DNA of 64,000 bases from Vicugna vicugna (lineage: Eukaryota), in the NCBI GenBank assembly GCA_013265495.1, contig MU058449.1, positions 186,001 to 250,000 of the forward strand, in the 5' to 3' direction. Shown in pieces: positions 24,869 through 36,528 of this stretch. The first letter of the stretch is position 1, and every line of letters begins with the position of its first letter. Position numbers and translations under genes: made by a program. A model generated the notes under the pieces. It did no database searches, was not told where the DNA came from, and was given only the letters and a program-made list of their open reading frames with translations.

Positions 24869-25819
24869 ATGGCCTTTCACAATTATACCAGTCCTCAGGA
24901 TATGTGGTATGTCCTGATTGGAATCCCAGGACTACAAGATTTGCACACCTGGATCTCCATCCCTATCTGTTTCATGTACATTGTGGCTGTTGTAGGTAAC
25001 ATCTTCTTGATCTTCCTGATCGTGACCGAGCAGAGTCTCCAGGGGCCCATGTATCTCTTCCTTTCCATGCTGGCCTTGGCAGATGTCCTGCTCTCCACAG
25101 CCACAGCCCCCAGGATGCTGGCCATCTTCTGGTTCCATTCCATGGGTATATCCTTTGGTAGCTGCGTATCCCAGATGTTCTTCCTACACTTTATCTTTGT
25201 GGCAGAATCTGCCATTCTCCTGGCCATGGCATTTGACCGCTACGTGGCCATCTGTTACCCACTGAGATACACTGCAATCTTAACCTCCTCAGTCATTGGG
25301 AAGATTGGCATAGCTGCTGTGGTTAGAAGCTTTATCATATGTTTTCCATTCATTTTCCTGGTACATCGACTTATCTATTGTGGGAGAAACATCATTCCCC
25401 ATTCCTACTGTGAGCACATGGGCATTGCCAGATTGGCATGTGACAATATCAATGTCAACATCATTTATGGCCTGACTGTGGCCCTACTGTCTACAGGACT
25501 GGATATAGTGTTCATCATTACATCCTACACAATGATCCTTTGCACAGTGTTTCAGATACCTTCCTGGACTGCCAGATTCAAGGCCCTTAACACATGTGGT
25601 TCCCACATCTGTGTCATATTTATATTCTATGCCCCAGCATTCTTTTCGTTTTTTGCCCATCGCTTTGGGGATAAAACTATCCCTCATCACATCCACATCC
25701 TAGTAGCCAACCTCTATGTGGTGGTGCCCCCTATGCTCAACCCCATTATTTATGGGGTGAAGACCAAACAGATCCAAGACCGAGTGGTTTTGTTTTTCTC
25801 TCCCATTAACACATGCTAA
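24869..25819 (+). CDS. OR52Z1: Olfactory receptor family 52, OR52Z1 orthologue (316 aa)
   Basis: Intact ORF with NYT sequon, GN, MAFDRYVAICYPLRY, HSYCEHM, KALNTCGSH, HRFG, PPMLNPIIYGVKTKQI. It matches recalled OR52Z1 segments (ISFGSCVSQMFF, NINVNIIYGLTVALLSTGLD). Confidence 0.9.
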   Translation: MAFHNYTSPQDMWYVLIGIPGLQDLHTWISIPICFMYIVAVVGNIFLIFLIVTEQSLQGPMYLFLSMLALADVLLSTATAPRMLAIFWFHSMGISFGSCVSQMFFLHFIFVAESAILLAMAFDRYVAICYPLRYTAILTSSVIGKIGIAAVVRSFIICFPFIFLVHRLIYCGRNIIPHSYCEHMGIARLACDNINVNIIYGLTVALLSTGLDIVFIITSYTMILCTVFQIPSWTARFKALNTCGSHICVIFIFYAPAFFSFFAHRFGDKTIPHHIHILVANLYVVVPPMLNPIIYGVKTKQIQDRVVLFFSPINTC

Positions 25820-26849
25820 AATGAAGACTAATGCTAAATATTGGGTATTTTGAATAACACACACACACATATACACACTATTTAAAAGTCTGTTTCAATG
25901 AGGAATAGGAATAAATGAAATTTATGACAACTCTCAAACACACTTAAAGGGATAGAATCTGCCAGAAATGCCAAAAGCCTATACATTTTCCTAAGGCACT
26001 TAAAGATTTTGAAAAACTATTTTATTTTATTTTTAATTTTTAACACCTTTATTGTGGTATGGTTCTTATACAGTAAACTGTACAAATTTCAGATGTATAA
26101 TTTAATGAATTTTGATAGATGTATACACTAAATTGTCAATTCTCCTAGACATAGTATTATGCATTTTAACTTATTATAAAGGATAAATAAAGATAACTGA
26201 GAAAAATATTTTAGGATTTAACCCAGATGGACATCTCCTGTGTAGAGCAGGGAAATGGGAGTGATGGGTCACTGAGCTTTTTTATAGACAGTTGAAATTC
26301 TGCTGAAATACTAAACACTCCTACTGATATCAGCAAATACTTGGACCAATGGCATGAAGCCACTAAATTATAATTATTTTTGTCTGCATTTATTTCTTAA
26401 GTTAAAATGTGAGCTGTGAAATCAGATATTTTCTGATTCACTGATACCTCATAAAGTCTACTGTATAAAATAAGCACATAGTATATATTTATTGAGTTAA
26501 TTTTTCTACACATTGAGGATTTTAGGCCCAAATCATCAATGGAGACTTCATAGAGGGACTAAAGGACTGAAAAGTTCTATACTCAAGCCAAAAAAACTAA
26601 AGGCAAAGAAGATTAAATAGACTATTATGCAGAATCTTATATAAAAAATTCTCTAAACACCCCAAGTGTAATTATCTATAAGCTGTCTCCAGTCTGTACC
26701 TTAATTCCTTCACTTCAAGAAAATATTTTTATAATCTCTCCTTTTTCAAGGTCTAGTACATCATGAGAATGTGATATTTGACATTATTTGCACTTAAAGA
26801 AAAACCAAAAAAATAAACATTGAGTCATTCTCTTGAACATTCCAGATTA

Positions 26850-27390
26850 GTTTTTTCCCTTCCTTTTCAATTTTTTGGAATCATTTGAGGCGAGGCATTA
26901 ACTCTTCTTTAACTGTTTGATAGAATTCACCTGTGAAGCCATCTGGTCCTGTACTTTTGTTTGTTGAGAGTGTTTTTGCTTGTTTGTTTTTGTTTTAATT
27001 TCTGATTCAATTTAATAACTGTAAATTAGTCTGTCCAAGAGTGTCTACCAGAGGCAAGAGGTGGGAGGAGGGGAATTGGATAAAGGTAGTCAAAAGTTAC
27101 AAATTTCCAGTTATAAGATAAATAAGTACTAGTGATGTAATGTACAATATGATTAATGTAATTAACCCTGCTGTTTGTTACATACAAAACTTGTTGACAG
27201 AGTAAATCCTGAGTTCTCATCACAAGGAAGAAAATTTTTTAGTTTTTTATTTTGTATCTATGTGAGATGATGAATGTTCACTAAACTTTCTGTGGTAATC
27301 ATTTCATGTGTATATAAGTCAAATCATTATGCTGTACACCTTAAATTTATACAGTGCTATAAGTCAATTATATCGCAATGAAACTGGACC
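26850..27390. mobile_element. L1 with antisense ORF2 piece joined to sense 3'UTR (5'-inverted-like)
   Basis: 26850-27035 is antisense ORF2 (tagaattcacctgtgaagccatctggtcctg). 27040-27390 is a sense L1MA-like 3'UTR ending gtcaattatatcgcaatgaaactgga. Confidence 0.7.
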
Positions 27391-27429
27391 AAAATTATTA
27401 ATATGATTTTATTGTTCTTTTACATGCTG

Positions 27430-28370
27430 TTTTTTTAAATAATTTTTTACTGTAGTAAAATATATATACCTTACAATGTGTTTTATTAATCATTTTAAGT
27501 GTACAATTTAGTGACAACATCATACCTATTAAACAACAACTTCTCATTTCTCCGGTAACCTCTGACATACTTTGTATTTCTATAAATTTGATAATTCTAG
27601 ATATTTAATATGTGGGATCATGCAATATTTACTGTTCTGTACCTGTCATATTTCACTCAACATAATGTTTTCAAAGTTCACCCATGTTGTAGCATATATT
27701 CATATCTCATTCCTTTCTATAGATTCATAATACTCTATTTATATATATATATGCTGCATTTTTTATTCATTAATCTGTTGTCATACATTTACTCTGGTTT
27801 CCACTGTTTGGCTATTGTGAATAATGCAGCAATGAACATTCATGTACAAGTATCTGTTTTATCCTTGTTTTCAATTTTTTGGGTATATATCCAGGAGTGG
27901 AATTACTGGGCTATATGGTAATTCTATCCTTAACTTTTTTATGAACTGTTAAACTGTTTTCCACAGAATTTGCACCATTTTACATTTTCACCAGCAACGT
28001 GTGATTGTTCCAATTTTTCTACATCCTTGCCAACACTTGTTAGTTTTTTAAAAAATAGTTTAGTACGTGTGGTGTGGTATCTCATTAAGGTTTTAATTGA
28101 CATTTCATATGCCATTGGTCATTTGCATATATTCTTTAGAGAAATTACTACCCAAGTCTTTTGCCTATGTTTCAATTGGGTTGTTTGTCTTTTTGATTTG
28201 TGGCTGACTGAATTCTATATATATTAGGGGTATTAAGTCCTTATCCAATGTGTAATTTGCAAATTATTTCCCCCACTTTGCAGGTTGTCATTTCACTTTC
28301 TTGATAGTGTCATTTGATGTACAAAATATTTTAAATCTGATGAATTCCAATTTATCTTTCTTTTTTAACA
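27430..28370 (-). mobile_element. L1MB-like 3' end and ORF2 tail, antisense
   Basis: Canonical antisense phrases (ttggctattgtgaataatgcagcaatgaacattcatgtacaag, tgcaccattttacattttcaccagcaa). Confidence 0.85.
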
Positions 28371-30617
28371 TTTATTATACACACCACTTTTCCTTTGAGA
28401 TTTATAAGGACACCATTTATGCACCTCTGCTTTCTCTAATTATAGTCAGGTAGTGATGACCTCTAAATGTTTCTTCAAGAGGACCTTTATAAAATGGGTC
28501 TCCACTTAACACCAGTCTATCTGACCAGGAAATAGGTCCAACTGATTTTACTCTGCTAAAGACCAAGACTGCCAGCTTGGTGTGTACTTCATAATTATAC
28601 ATCTATACTTTTGGTAAACAAATTAGAATTGATGATCCTTTAAAAAATATTCAGTAGCCTAATGACCCACCTCCCAAACATAGATAGGTAAAAATCTAAG
28701 TGTGGAGGTATTTTCAAATGTTAAATTGAAAAAATTTGTCTACCTATCCTGGAACTAACTGAGGTGCCTTTTCAAAAGTATACAGAATGAACCAAAATAT
28801 CAATAAAACATTCTGGCCCTATGTATCTGGAACAGGGTAAGAACAGCTGAGTTGGAAATACTTTATAGGAACTGGTCTAATGAAGGTGATAATTAAATTA
28901 TTTCAAGTAGATAGAATTACTAACACATTTTTATAGTTTGAGGGTGAAAAGGACCCAGGATAGAACTCTGGGAGCACAAAAAGGGTGAGGGGTGAAATAA
29001 TTGAAGGAGATCAAGAGTCACCAACTACCAGTTATAAAATTAAAAAATCACTAGGATGGAATGTATAGCACAGAAGATATAGTTAATATTTTATAATAAT
29101 TTTGTATGGTGTGTAATTTATAAAAATATCAAATTGCTTTCTTGGGCAGATGAAACTAATATAATATGTAAGTTAACTATACTTTAAAAACTCAGTAGAA
29201 CAGAAGAGAATCAAAGTGGTAAACTATTCAGAATTGTTTGTTGGTGAGTCAAGAGCAAACTGAAGATTAGCTCAGATGGCAGTCTGACCTCTGAATCAAT
29301 TCCATTCAATAGGAATCAGAAACATTGGTTCACTCCCTATCACAGAAGAAATTCTAGGAAAAGTGCTAAAGGTTCATTCCTTGCCTTTTGATCCTTATCA
29401 CTTATTCTTCCTAAAATCCATTACGAATGCCCTTTTCCACACAACTGAAAGTATTCTACCTAAATTTGCCAGTGTCTCAATCTTACATCAAGTATCCTTT
29501 AAGCTTAGTTACACAGAAGAAAGTCTAGAAACCAGGTAAAACATGTCAAGAAGAAAGGTCCTGCCTGTGTGCATAAATTGTCTTAGAATTTATCATTTGT
29601 TCTCATGATAAAAGACATGCTAATTCATTTTACCATATTTCTAAAAATGTGAAGGCACATACATCTTTTTTTTAAATCAAGAGCACAAGGCATGATTCCT
29701 TCGCATATATGAGGCATATAACAACTGCTTCTTAAAGGAAAAAGGAAGAAAAGAGACATGGTATTAAGAGGGATGGAGAAAAATTTAGTCAAATGTGCAA
29801 ACTTGCTCAAAGCTCAGTATGGTAGGATTTAGAAACTAAGCATCATAAACATAAGGATACAAAGGCTACAAAATCATGAAACATAAGCAGTAAGTCAAAT
29901 TTATCATTCTGCAAGTATTTTATACCATTATATTGATAAGACTGTAGGTTTTGATAACAATTGATGAATACATAAAGAACTAAACAAAGGAGGTAATAGA
30001 AAAAGTATTAATGTGTAAATGGGGACACATTATCCTCATGATTTTTGTGCATGCAATTTTCTGAATAACCTTGGAAACATACTAAAATTTTTAGACTTTA
30101 TTGTCCCATCATATGCAAAATGTTTTATTCTTTTCTTTTATTTCAATAAAAACATGGTTAAAATATACTTCCCCTGAGTTTTGTTGTTAAGATGACTGTT
30201 TTGATCAAGAAAAGAGTCCAAACTTGTTTTAATTGAATGCCTCAACACTTCAGAACAGTAAGCCAGTGAGAAATCCATAATTTGTGAATCCTAATGCAGA
30301 AGGATTTATAAAGGACATAGCTCAACCTGGGACTAAAACATAAAAGAGAAAAGGAAAACATATACATGTTCATTATTATGCTCTTTCTACATTTATCACT
30401 CATTAATCTGGCAGGATCTAAAACCCTATTTATTCACTGTAGTTGTCATGAGCTATGATGATCTGTAAACTAGCTATCATTCTGGTAAATATCACAAAAT
30501 GATTATATAGAAACCTCAAATATCTCAAATTACATGGATTTTTGTTGTTTTATTTTGATTTGAGATATTGTTACTTGCACAAAGAGTAAAGCCTGAAGAT
30601 ATTAATTACAATGCATT

Positions 30618-31574
30618 TTATGAACACAACATTTTTACCATATGGATACGGATCTGCTTGGTCTTTGCACCATAGACAAGGGGATTGAGAAATGGAGGGA
30701 CCAGCAAGTAAATGCTAGAAAAGAGGATATGGATGTAAGGGGGGATGTGAGTCCCAAATCTATGTGTGAAGAAGGAGAAGAAAGCAAGGAGGTAGAACTG
30801 GAGGAAGACACAGATGTGAGCGATGCAAGTATTGAATGCTTTCAACCTAGCCTCCTTCTGGGGCAGACGAAAAACGGTGATAAATATCTGTATGTAGGAC
30901 AATGTGATGAACATGAGGTCAAATCCCGCCACAGTGAAGGCCACAAACAAGCCATAGATTTTGTTAAGCTGGACATCTTCCGCAGCCAGTTTCACAATGG
31001 CCATGTGCTCACAGTAGGAGTGGGAGATGACTGTTGTATGATAAAATTGCAAACGGTACTTTATCAGCACTAGGCATGGGGCTACAAGAATGGCAGCCCT
31101 GAATGTTACTACAGCCCCGATTTGAGGGACTAGCTGGTGGGTGAAGATGGCAGCATGTCTCAGAGGATAACAGATGGCCACATACCGATCCAGGGCCATG
31201 GCCAGCAGGATGCCTGATTCAGTGCATTGAAATGTGTGGATGAGCCACATTTGAAGCAAGCAGGAATCGAAATAAATCTCTGGTACATGAAACCAGAAGA
31301 TTCCAAGCATCTTGGGCACAATGCTGGTACTAAGTGCAATATCTGTGACTCCGAGCATACCTAAGAAAATGTACATGGGCTCATGGAGGCTGCGTTCTGA
31401 TTTGATGATGATCAGAAGCAGGGAATTTCCAAACACAGCAATGACATACATGGCACAGAATGGAACTGCAATCCAGCACTGCACAGACTCGAGGCCTGGG
31501 ATCCCTATTAGTGTCAACACAGAGGGCATGAAGACTGTGCTGTTGGAAAAGGACCTAGTGTCTTTGGGTCTCAT
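30618..31574 (-). CDS. OR52A1: Olfactory receptor family 52, OR52A1-like (318 aa from ATG 31574; another in-frame ATG at 31628)
   Basis: Intact ORF with NST sequon, LHEPMY, MALDRYVAICYPLRH, HSYCEHM, KAFNTCIAH, PPFLNPLVYGAKTKQI. EIYFDSCLLQMW and QFYHTTVISH match recalled OR52A1. The start codon is uncertain. Confidence 0.88.
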   Translation of the reverse strand: MRPKDTRSFSNSTVFMPSVLTLIGIPGLESVQCWIAVPFCAMYVIAVFGNSLLLIIIKSERSLHEPMYIFLGMLGVTDIALSTSIVPKMLGIFWFHVPEIYFDSCLLQMWLIHTFQCTESGILLAMALDRYVAICYPLRHAAIFTHQLVPQIGAVVTFRAAILVAPCLVLIKYRLQFYHTTVISHSYCEHMAIVKLAAEDVQLNKIYGLFVAFTVAGFDLMFITLSYIQIFITVFRLPQKEARLKAFNTCIAHICVFLQFYLLAFFSFFTHRFGTHIPPYIHILFSSIYLLVPPFLNPLVYGAKTKQIRIHMVKMLCS

Positions 31575-34489
31575 AATGCAATTGAAAGAAGTTAGTGCTA
31601 CTGTTCCTCTTCTACTTTCTAATTTCATCCAGAGTCATCATATTGCTAGAATTTTGTTGAACTCTGTGATTATATCATGCATTATATTTACATATAGAAG
31701 GGAAAAGACAGATCCTTAGTCACACCAGCATTTTCAGGAACGACATCCACAGCACTGCACCACAATAGGGTGCTATAGCATGAAAAGACAAACACGTCAG
31801 AACCAGCAAAATACCTGGTCAAGGGAATCAAACGCTGGCCTCTGTTATTCTTTTCTGGACCAGTGGATGAAACAGAGTTGTTCATTTTGTTTGGAAATTT
31901 CCTTTTAATCAGTTTGAATCTCTTCATATCCCATATCCACGTCCCTTAGGACTCTATTATTCCCAGTTGTCTTTATTTCAGGAACTGTTGGTTTGGACCA
32001 GCAAATTCTCAGACTTTGATCTGTATGTTAGGATAAAAGACTACCTATGAAGAGAAATAGATATAGAAACAGGTGACACCCAAGAGCATAATCTCTCTGT
32101 ATAGCTATATCTCTCTCTGTCATCTCTATATATGTAAAAAGGATGTCTATTCAAAACAAAGTGAAGGAAGAGCTTAAGGAAAGATCATTCAAGTCCATGT
32201 TTTTTGGTGAGTCTGGGTCAAGTTTCTTACTATTTTTACGTGCCTTAAAATTAGCTGTGTCTTAAAATAATTAAACTTCCATAATGTGTATTATAGAATA
32301 CCTAGAGGAAAAATCTCTAAGAAGCAAGTGTATTGGCAATAGCAACATCTGAGGGCAAGATGACTCATTCGTGATGACTGCAGAATATAGAAAATAGGTG
32401 AAATGGGTAACTTAGCCAGAGAAAGGCTATTTTATTGGAGTCAACATTTCAGAGCTACAATGAGCATGATTTTTGACCAATTTAGTCTCATTCATTCTTA
32501 ATGAAACATAGATCATAAAGAACATTTGAATCGTTATTTGACCTGAGACATAAGAAATTAATAGAAAATAAACTGTTAAAGGACACATTCTCTAAAAGGA
32601 GTCAAGTGTAGAAATACATATGGAAGACAGAGGGCAGGTCTTAAGATACCTGAAATGATCCAGTAGAGGGCTCTAGAGCAACTGATGGACATTAATCGCT
32701 TCTCAATTCACTGACTACTGTTTTTCCTTAAAACTTGAGCTCTTATGTTTTAAGTGGAAATCCTTCTCTGACCAAAATTAGTACTTTTAAAAAATTATAT
32801 ATTCTGAGTCAAGATTCTACAGTTATACATTGGAGAACTCTTTGTGATTATGTGAAAAGTAGAATTAGCTTATTTTATTGTTTGGTAGACTCTCCAGGAA
32901 TGTTGCTTTTGATCAGACAGATCATGATCAGCAAACTATTTACCAAATGTTACCAAAAATTCCAGTAATGCAGGAAGCAGCTGTGGTTTACGCTGGTAAA
33001 CCTCAAGTGAAAGAACACACTCAGCCGGGCTCTTCTATGACAGAAGGAAGGCTGTATCGGCTGACAAATATTTAATAAACTAGGCAGTCAACTAAGTACC
33101 TTGATTTCCACAGGTTTTCGCCCCAGTGCTTAATTCTATGACTCTTCCATCCATAGATCACTGACTCTAGTGGCAGTACAGTTTTTCCTCTTCAAATATA
33201 ATCAGAATTAGAACAGGATCCTTTAATAAAAATCATATTTTCTGACTTGTTCAAGAGGTAAGAAGATGATGTATGAGCATCATCAGACAAGAACAGACAG
33301 TGGGATGGCAGGTTAAGAGTACATCTTTTACTACAGGTCTCATGGGATGGACTTATCATCGGAAAGGCTGGTAATGAAAAATTATGGGATTAAATCTGGG
33401 AATAGTGAGAATTACTTGCCAATTTTTCTTGGAACCTGGGTCTGCTACTTCCTGACACCTGAAGAGTATTATCAGTTCTTCATTTCACTATCTTTCATCA
33501 CTTACCTTTCAATAACTCTTCGGAGATTTCAGTCTCATTTCCTTGCATTATGGGTTCTGCCATGCTTCTTCTTTCTCTGCACCCCCTGTAACAGCACCTC
33601 ATCAATGTTATAAACTCTAATCCACTTGGTGCTGGGACGCTCTGTCAATACATGGACATCTGTGGGATAGCCTTTCATGCTTTTCTCTTGTCTCTGCAAT
33701 GCAGACACTCTCCATCATCTGTTCCCATGTCTGGGATCATGCTGGTGTGATCATCCTCTAACAAAACTCATGGCAATGTCTATGTTATTCTGAGATGAAG
33801 CATCAATTTATTGAGCTCAAATTGGAGAAGAAAAGCCTTATCCACCAATTTTAATATTCCCTAATGATTATATGGAGAAGAGGGACTTATGAACATGGAA
33901 TGAGGGATTTATTAGTCACTAGACAAAACCATAAGGGACCCAACATGTTTTAATTAAGTGCTCTGTAATTCATCCACACTTAATATCCCTAAAATCATTT
34001 CTACAACTTGTAAAAATCTCCTTGTTTTCTTTTTTGACTTCTCCCACAGGCTAAATGTAGAGAAATTAATATACACAAGATATATTTTTATAAGGGGAGC
34101 TCTTTTTGTACTGTCCTTATTTGCAAAACAGTAAAGTCCCCTTAAAGATTGGCATGCTCCTATGCCAAATGAATTCTAATGATACAAGTATCTTTGTGAC
34201 CCTCCCTTTCACTGAGGTATTCTGGAAAAAAATTTGTATCCATAATTGAGCTTTTATTAGACTTTTACATCTAATTCTCCTGCAGGATCATTATTCGGAT
34301 TTCTACTTTATTGAATCCAATTCTGCAAGTTCAACAATTTCTCAGAATGACCAATTACGATGGAACTTTCTAAATCCCATCATATTGAGCTCTTAGAAAG
34401 TGGTTGCATATTTGAATAATTTTTCTACATCTTCCTCTTTTTCTTTAAAAAGGGTTCTTTGTACGCTACATATATGTGGAGGAATTATG

Positions 34490-35250
34490 GTGTTGAGAAG
34501 GGTAAGTGTTAACTCTTCTCTAAATGCTTGCAAGACTTCACCATGAAGCCATCTGGTCTTGGGCTTTTGTTTGTTTAGAATGTTTGATTACTGAATCATA
34601 TTCATTACTGGTAATTGGCTCGTTCATATTCTCTGTTTCTTCCTTGTTCAGTCTTTTGAGATTATATATTTCTAAGAAATTTTCCATTTCTTCTAGGTTG
34701 TCCATTTTATTGGTGTATGACTGTTCCTAATAGTCTCTTATGATCCTTTGTATTTCGGTAACATCAGTTGTAAGTTTTTTATTTCTGATTTTATTGATTT
34801 GGGTCTCCTCTCTTTTTCCTTGATGAATCTATCTAAAGGCTTATGAATCATGTTTAGTTTTTCAAAGAATCAGCTGTTGGTTTCATTGATTTTTTTTCTT
34901 TTTATCCTCTATTTCACTTATTTCTGCTCTGATCTTTATGATTTCCTTCCTTCTAACTTTGGGTTTTCTTTGCTTTTCTTTTTCTATTCCTTAAGGTATA
35001 AGGTCAGATTGTTTATTTGAGATTTTTCTTGTTTCCTAAGGTATGCCTGTATTGCTATAAACCTGCCTCTTAAAACTGCTCTGCTGTATCCCATAGATTT
35101 TGGTTTGCTGTGTTTTAATTTTGATTTATCTCCAGGTGTTTTTTGATGTTCATATAATTAACAATAGTGTGCAGCACACTTAAAAATTGTTAAGAATGCT
35201 GATTTCATGTTATGTGTTGTTATTTTACTTTACCAAAAAAAAAAAAAAGT
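34490..35250. mobile_element. L1 antisense ORF2 segment followed by short sense 3' end and poly(A)
   Basis: 34490-35140 is antisense ORF2 (tccatttcttctaggttgtcc, tttctgctctgatcttt). 35150-35248 is a sense 3'UTR end with an A14 run. Confidence 0.75.
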
Positions 35251-35961
35251 CAGCATTATTGTTTTCCTTGAATAATTCGTGACTGTAAAGGAGAAAGGGG
35301 GGTTGGATTGCTTCCAGGGCCAAGAAATGTTTCGCTTCTTCATGGGGTGTTTACATATTTACATCTACCTTGTGAAAATTATTTAAGAAACTCTATCACA
35401 TATGATTTTTATATGTATGTTAGAATTCAATAAAGCCTTCTGTAAAATGTTACATAAATACTTGCTCGGAAATAAAAAAACAGAAAAAAAAAGAAGAACA
35501 AAAAAAAAAATACTGAGGAGCTGGAGCAGATTACAGGATTCTCAAGATGTATCAGTGTTACATTACTGTGTGAGCCTATATTGGATTCTGGGCAAGAAAA
35601 AGTGTTAAGAAGTCAATCTTCAGATCATTATCTAACTTTGAATATGAACTATAGACTAGCTTATAGTATTATTTCAACATTAAATGTTCTAACATTGAGT
35701 ATAATATTATAATTATGCAATAGAATATTATTTTCCTTGGTAAATACAGGGAGAATTATTCAGGAATAAAGAGGCACCATGTCTTCAACTTATTCATGAA
35801 TGCTTCAGAAAAACAATTATCAATCAATCTATCATCTTTCTATCAAATTAAAAAAGGTAAATAGGTCAAAATATAAACAATTTGTGAATTTGGTTATGTG
35901 TTATAAGGGAATATCCTGAAGTATCCTTGCAAAATTCTATACATTTAAGATTGTATCACTA

Positions 35962-36426
35962 TGGTTGGATAAAGAAGTTGTGAGATACACATATATATAT
36001 ATATTATGTACACACACACATACACACACACAATGGAATACTACTGAGCCATTAAAAGTAATAAAATAATGCCATTTACAGCAACATGGATGAACCTGGA
36101 GGTCATACTAAGTGAAGTAACACAGAAAGCGAAAGGAAAATACCATATGATATCATTTATATGTGAAACCTAAAAAAAATGACACAAATGAACTTATTTA
36201 CAAAACAGAAACAGACTGACAGACACATATAAAAGAAACTTACGGTTACCAGAGGGGAAGAAGGGTGGTGGGGTAAATTGGGAGTTTGGGATTTACAGAT
36301 TCTATCTACTACATATACAGTAAACAACAAGGTCCTAAGGTATAGCACTGGGAACTATATTTGATACCTTGTAATAACCTATAATGAAAAAGAATATAAA
36401 AAGGAATACATATATAGATATATATA

Positions 36427-36457
<31 letters not shown>

Positions 36458-36528
36458 CTGAACCACTATGCTGTATACCAGAAACTAACACATTATAAAC
36501 TGATTACACTTCAATATAAAGAAATTTA
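35962..36528 (+). mobile_element. 5'-truncated younger L1 3' end (same family as 19884-20302)
   Basis: aatggaatactac...atgccatttacagcaacatggatg...gtatagcactgggaactatat...cacttcaat. Degenerate TSD aagattgtatcacta / aaaattatatcaata (12/15). Confidence 0.88.

Noticed and set aside
31590..31628. Peptide ESRRGT shared between the OR52A1 N-terminal extension and the antisense ORF at 43405-43722
   Set aside because: They are in opposite orientation relative to their genes and match at only about 14/21 nucleotides. Most likely coincidence.
30642..31719. Long antisense ORFs over OR genes (also 11327-11644, 24895-25227, 43405-43722, 59399-59701)
   Set aside because: These are shadow ORFs expected from codon bias opposite hydrophobic coding sequence, with no independent protein features.
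32880..33000. Minus-strand text weakly resembling an OR N-terminus (NHSCFL/ITGIFG...NSLLIMI)
   Set aside because: It needs frameshifts, the spacing is wrong, and no LHxPMY or DRY motif follows.
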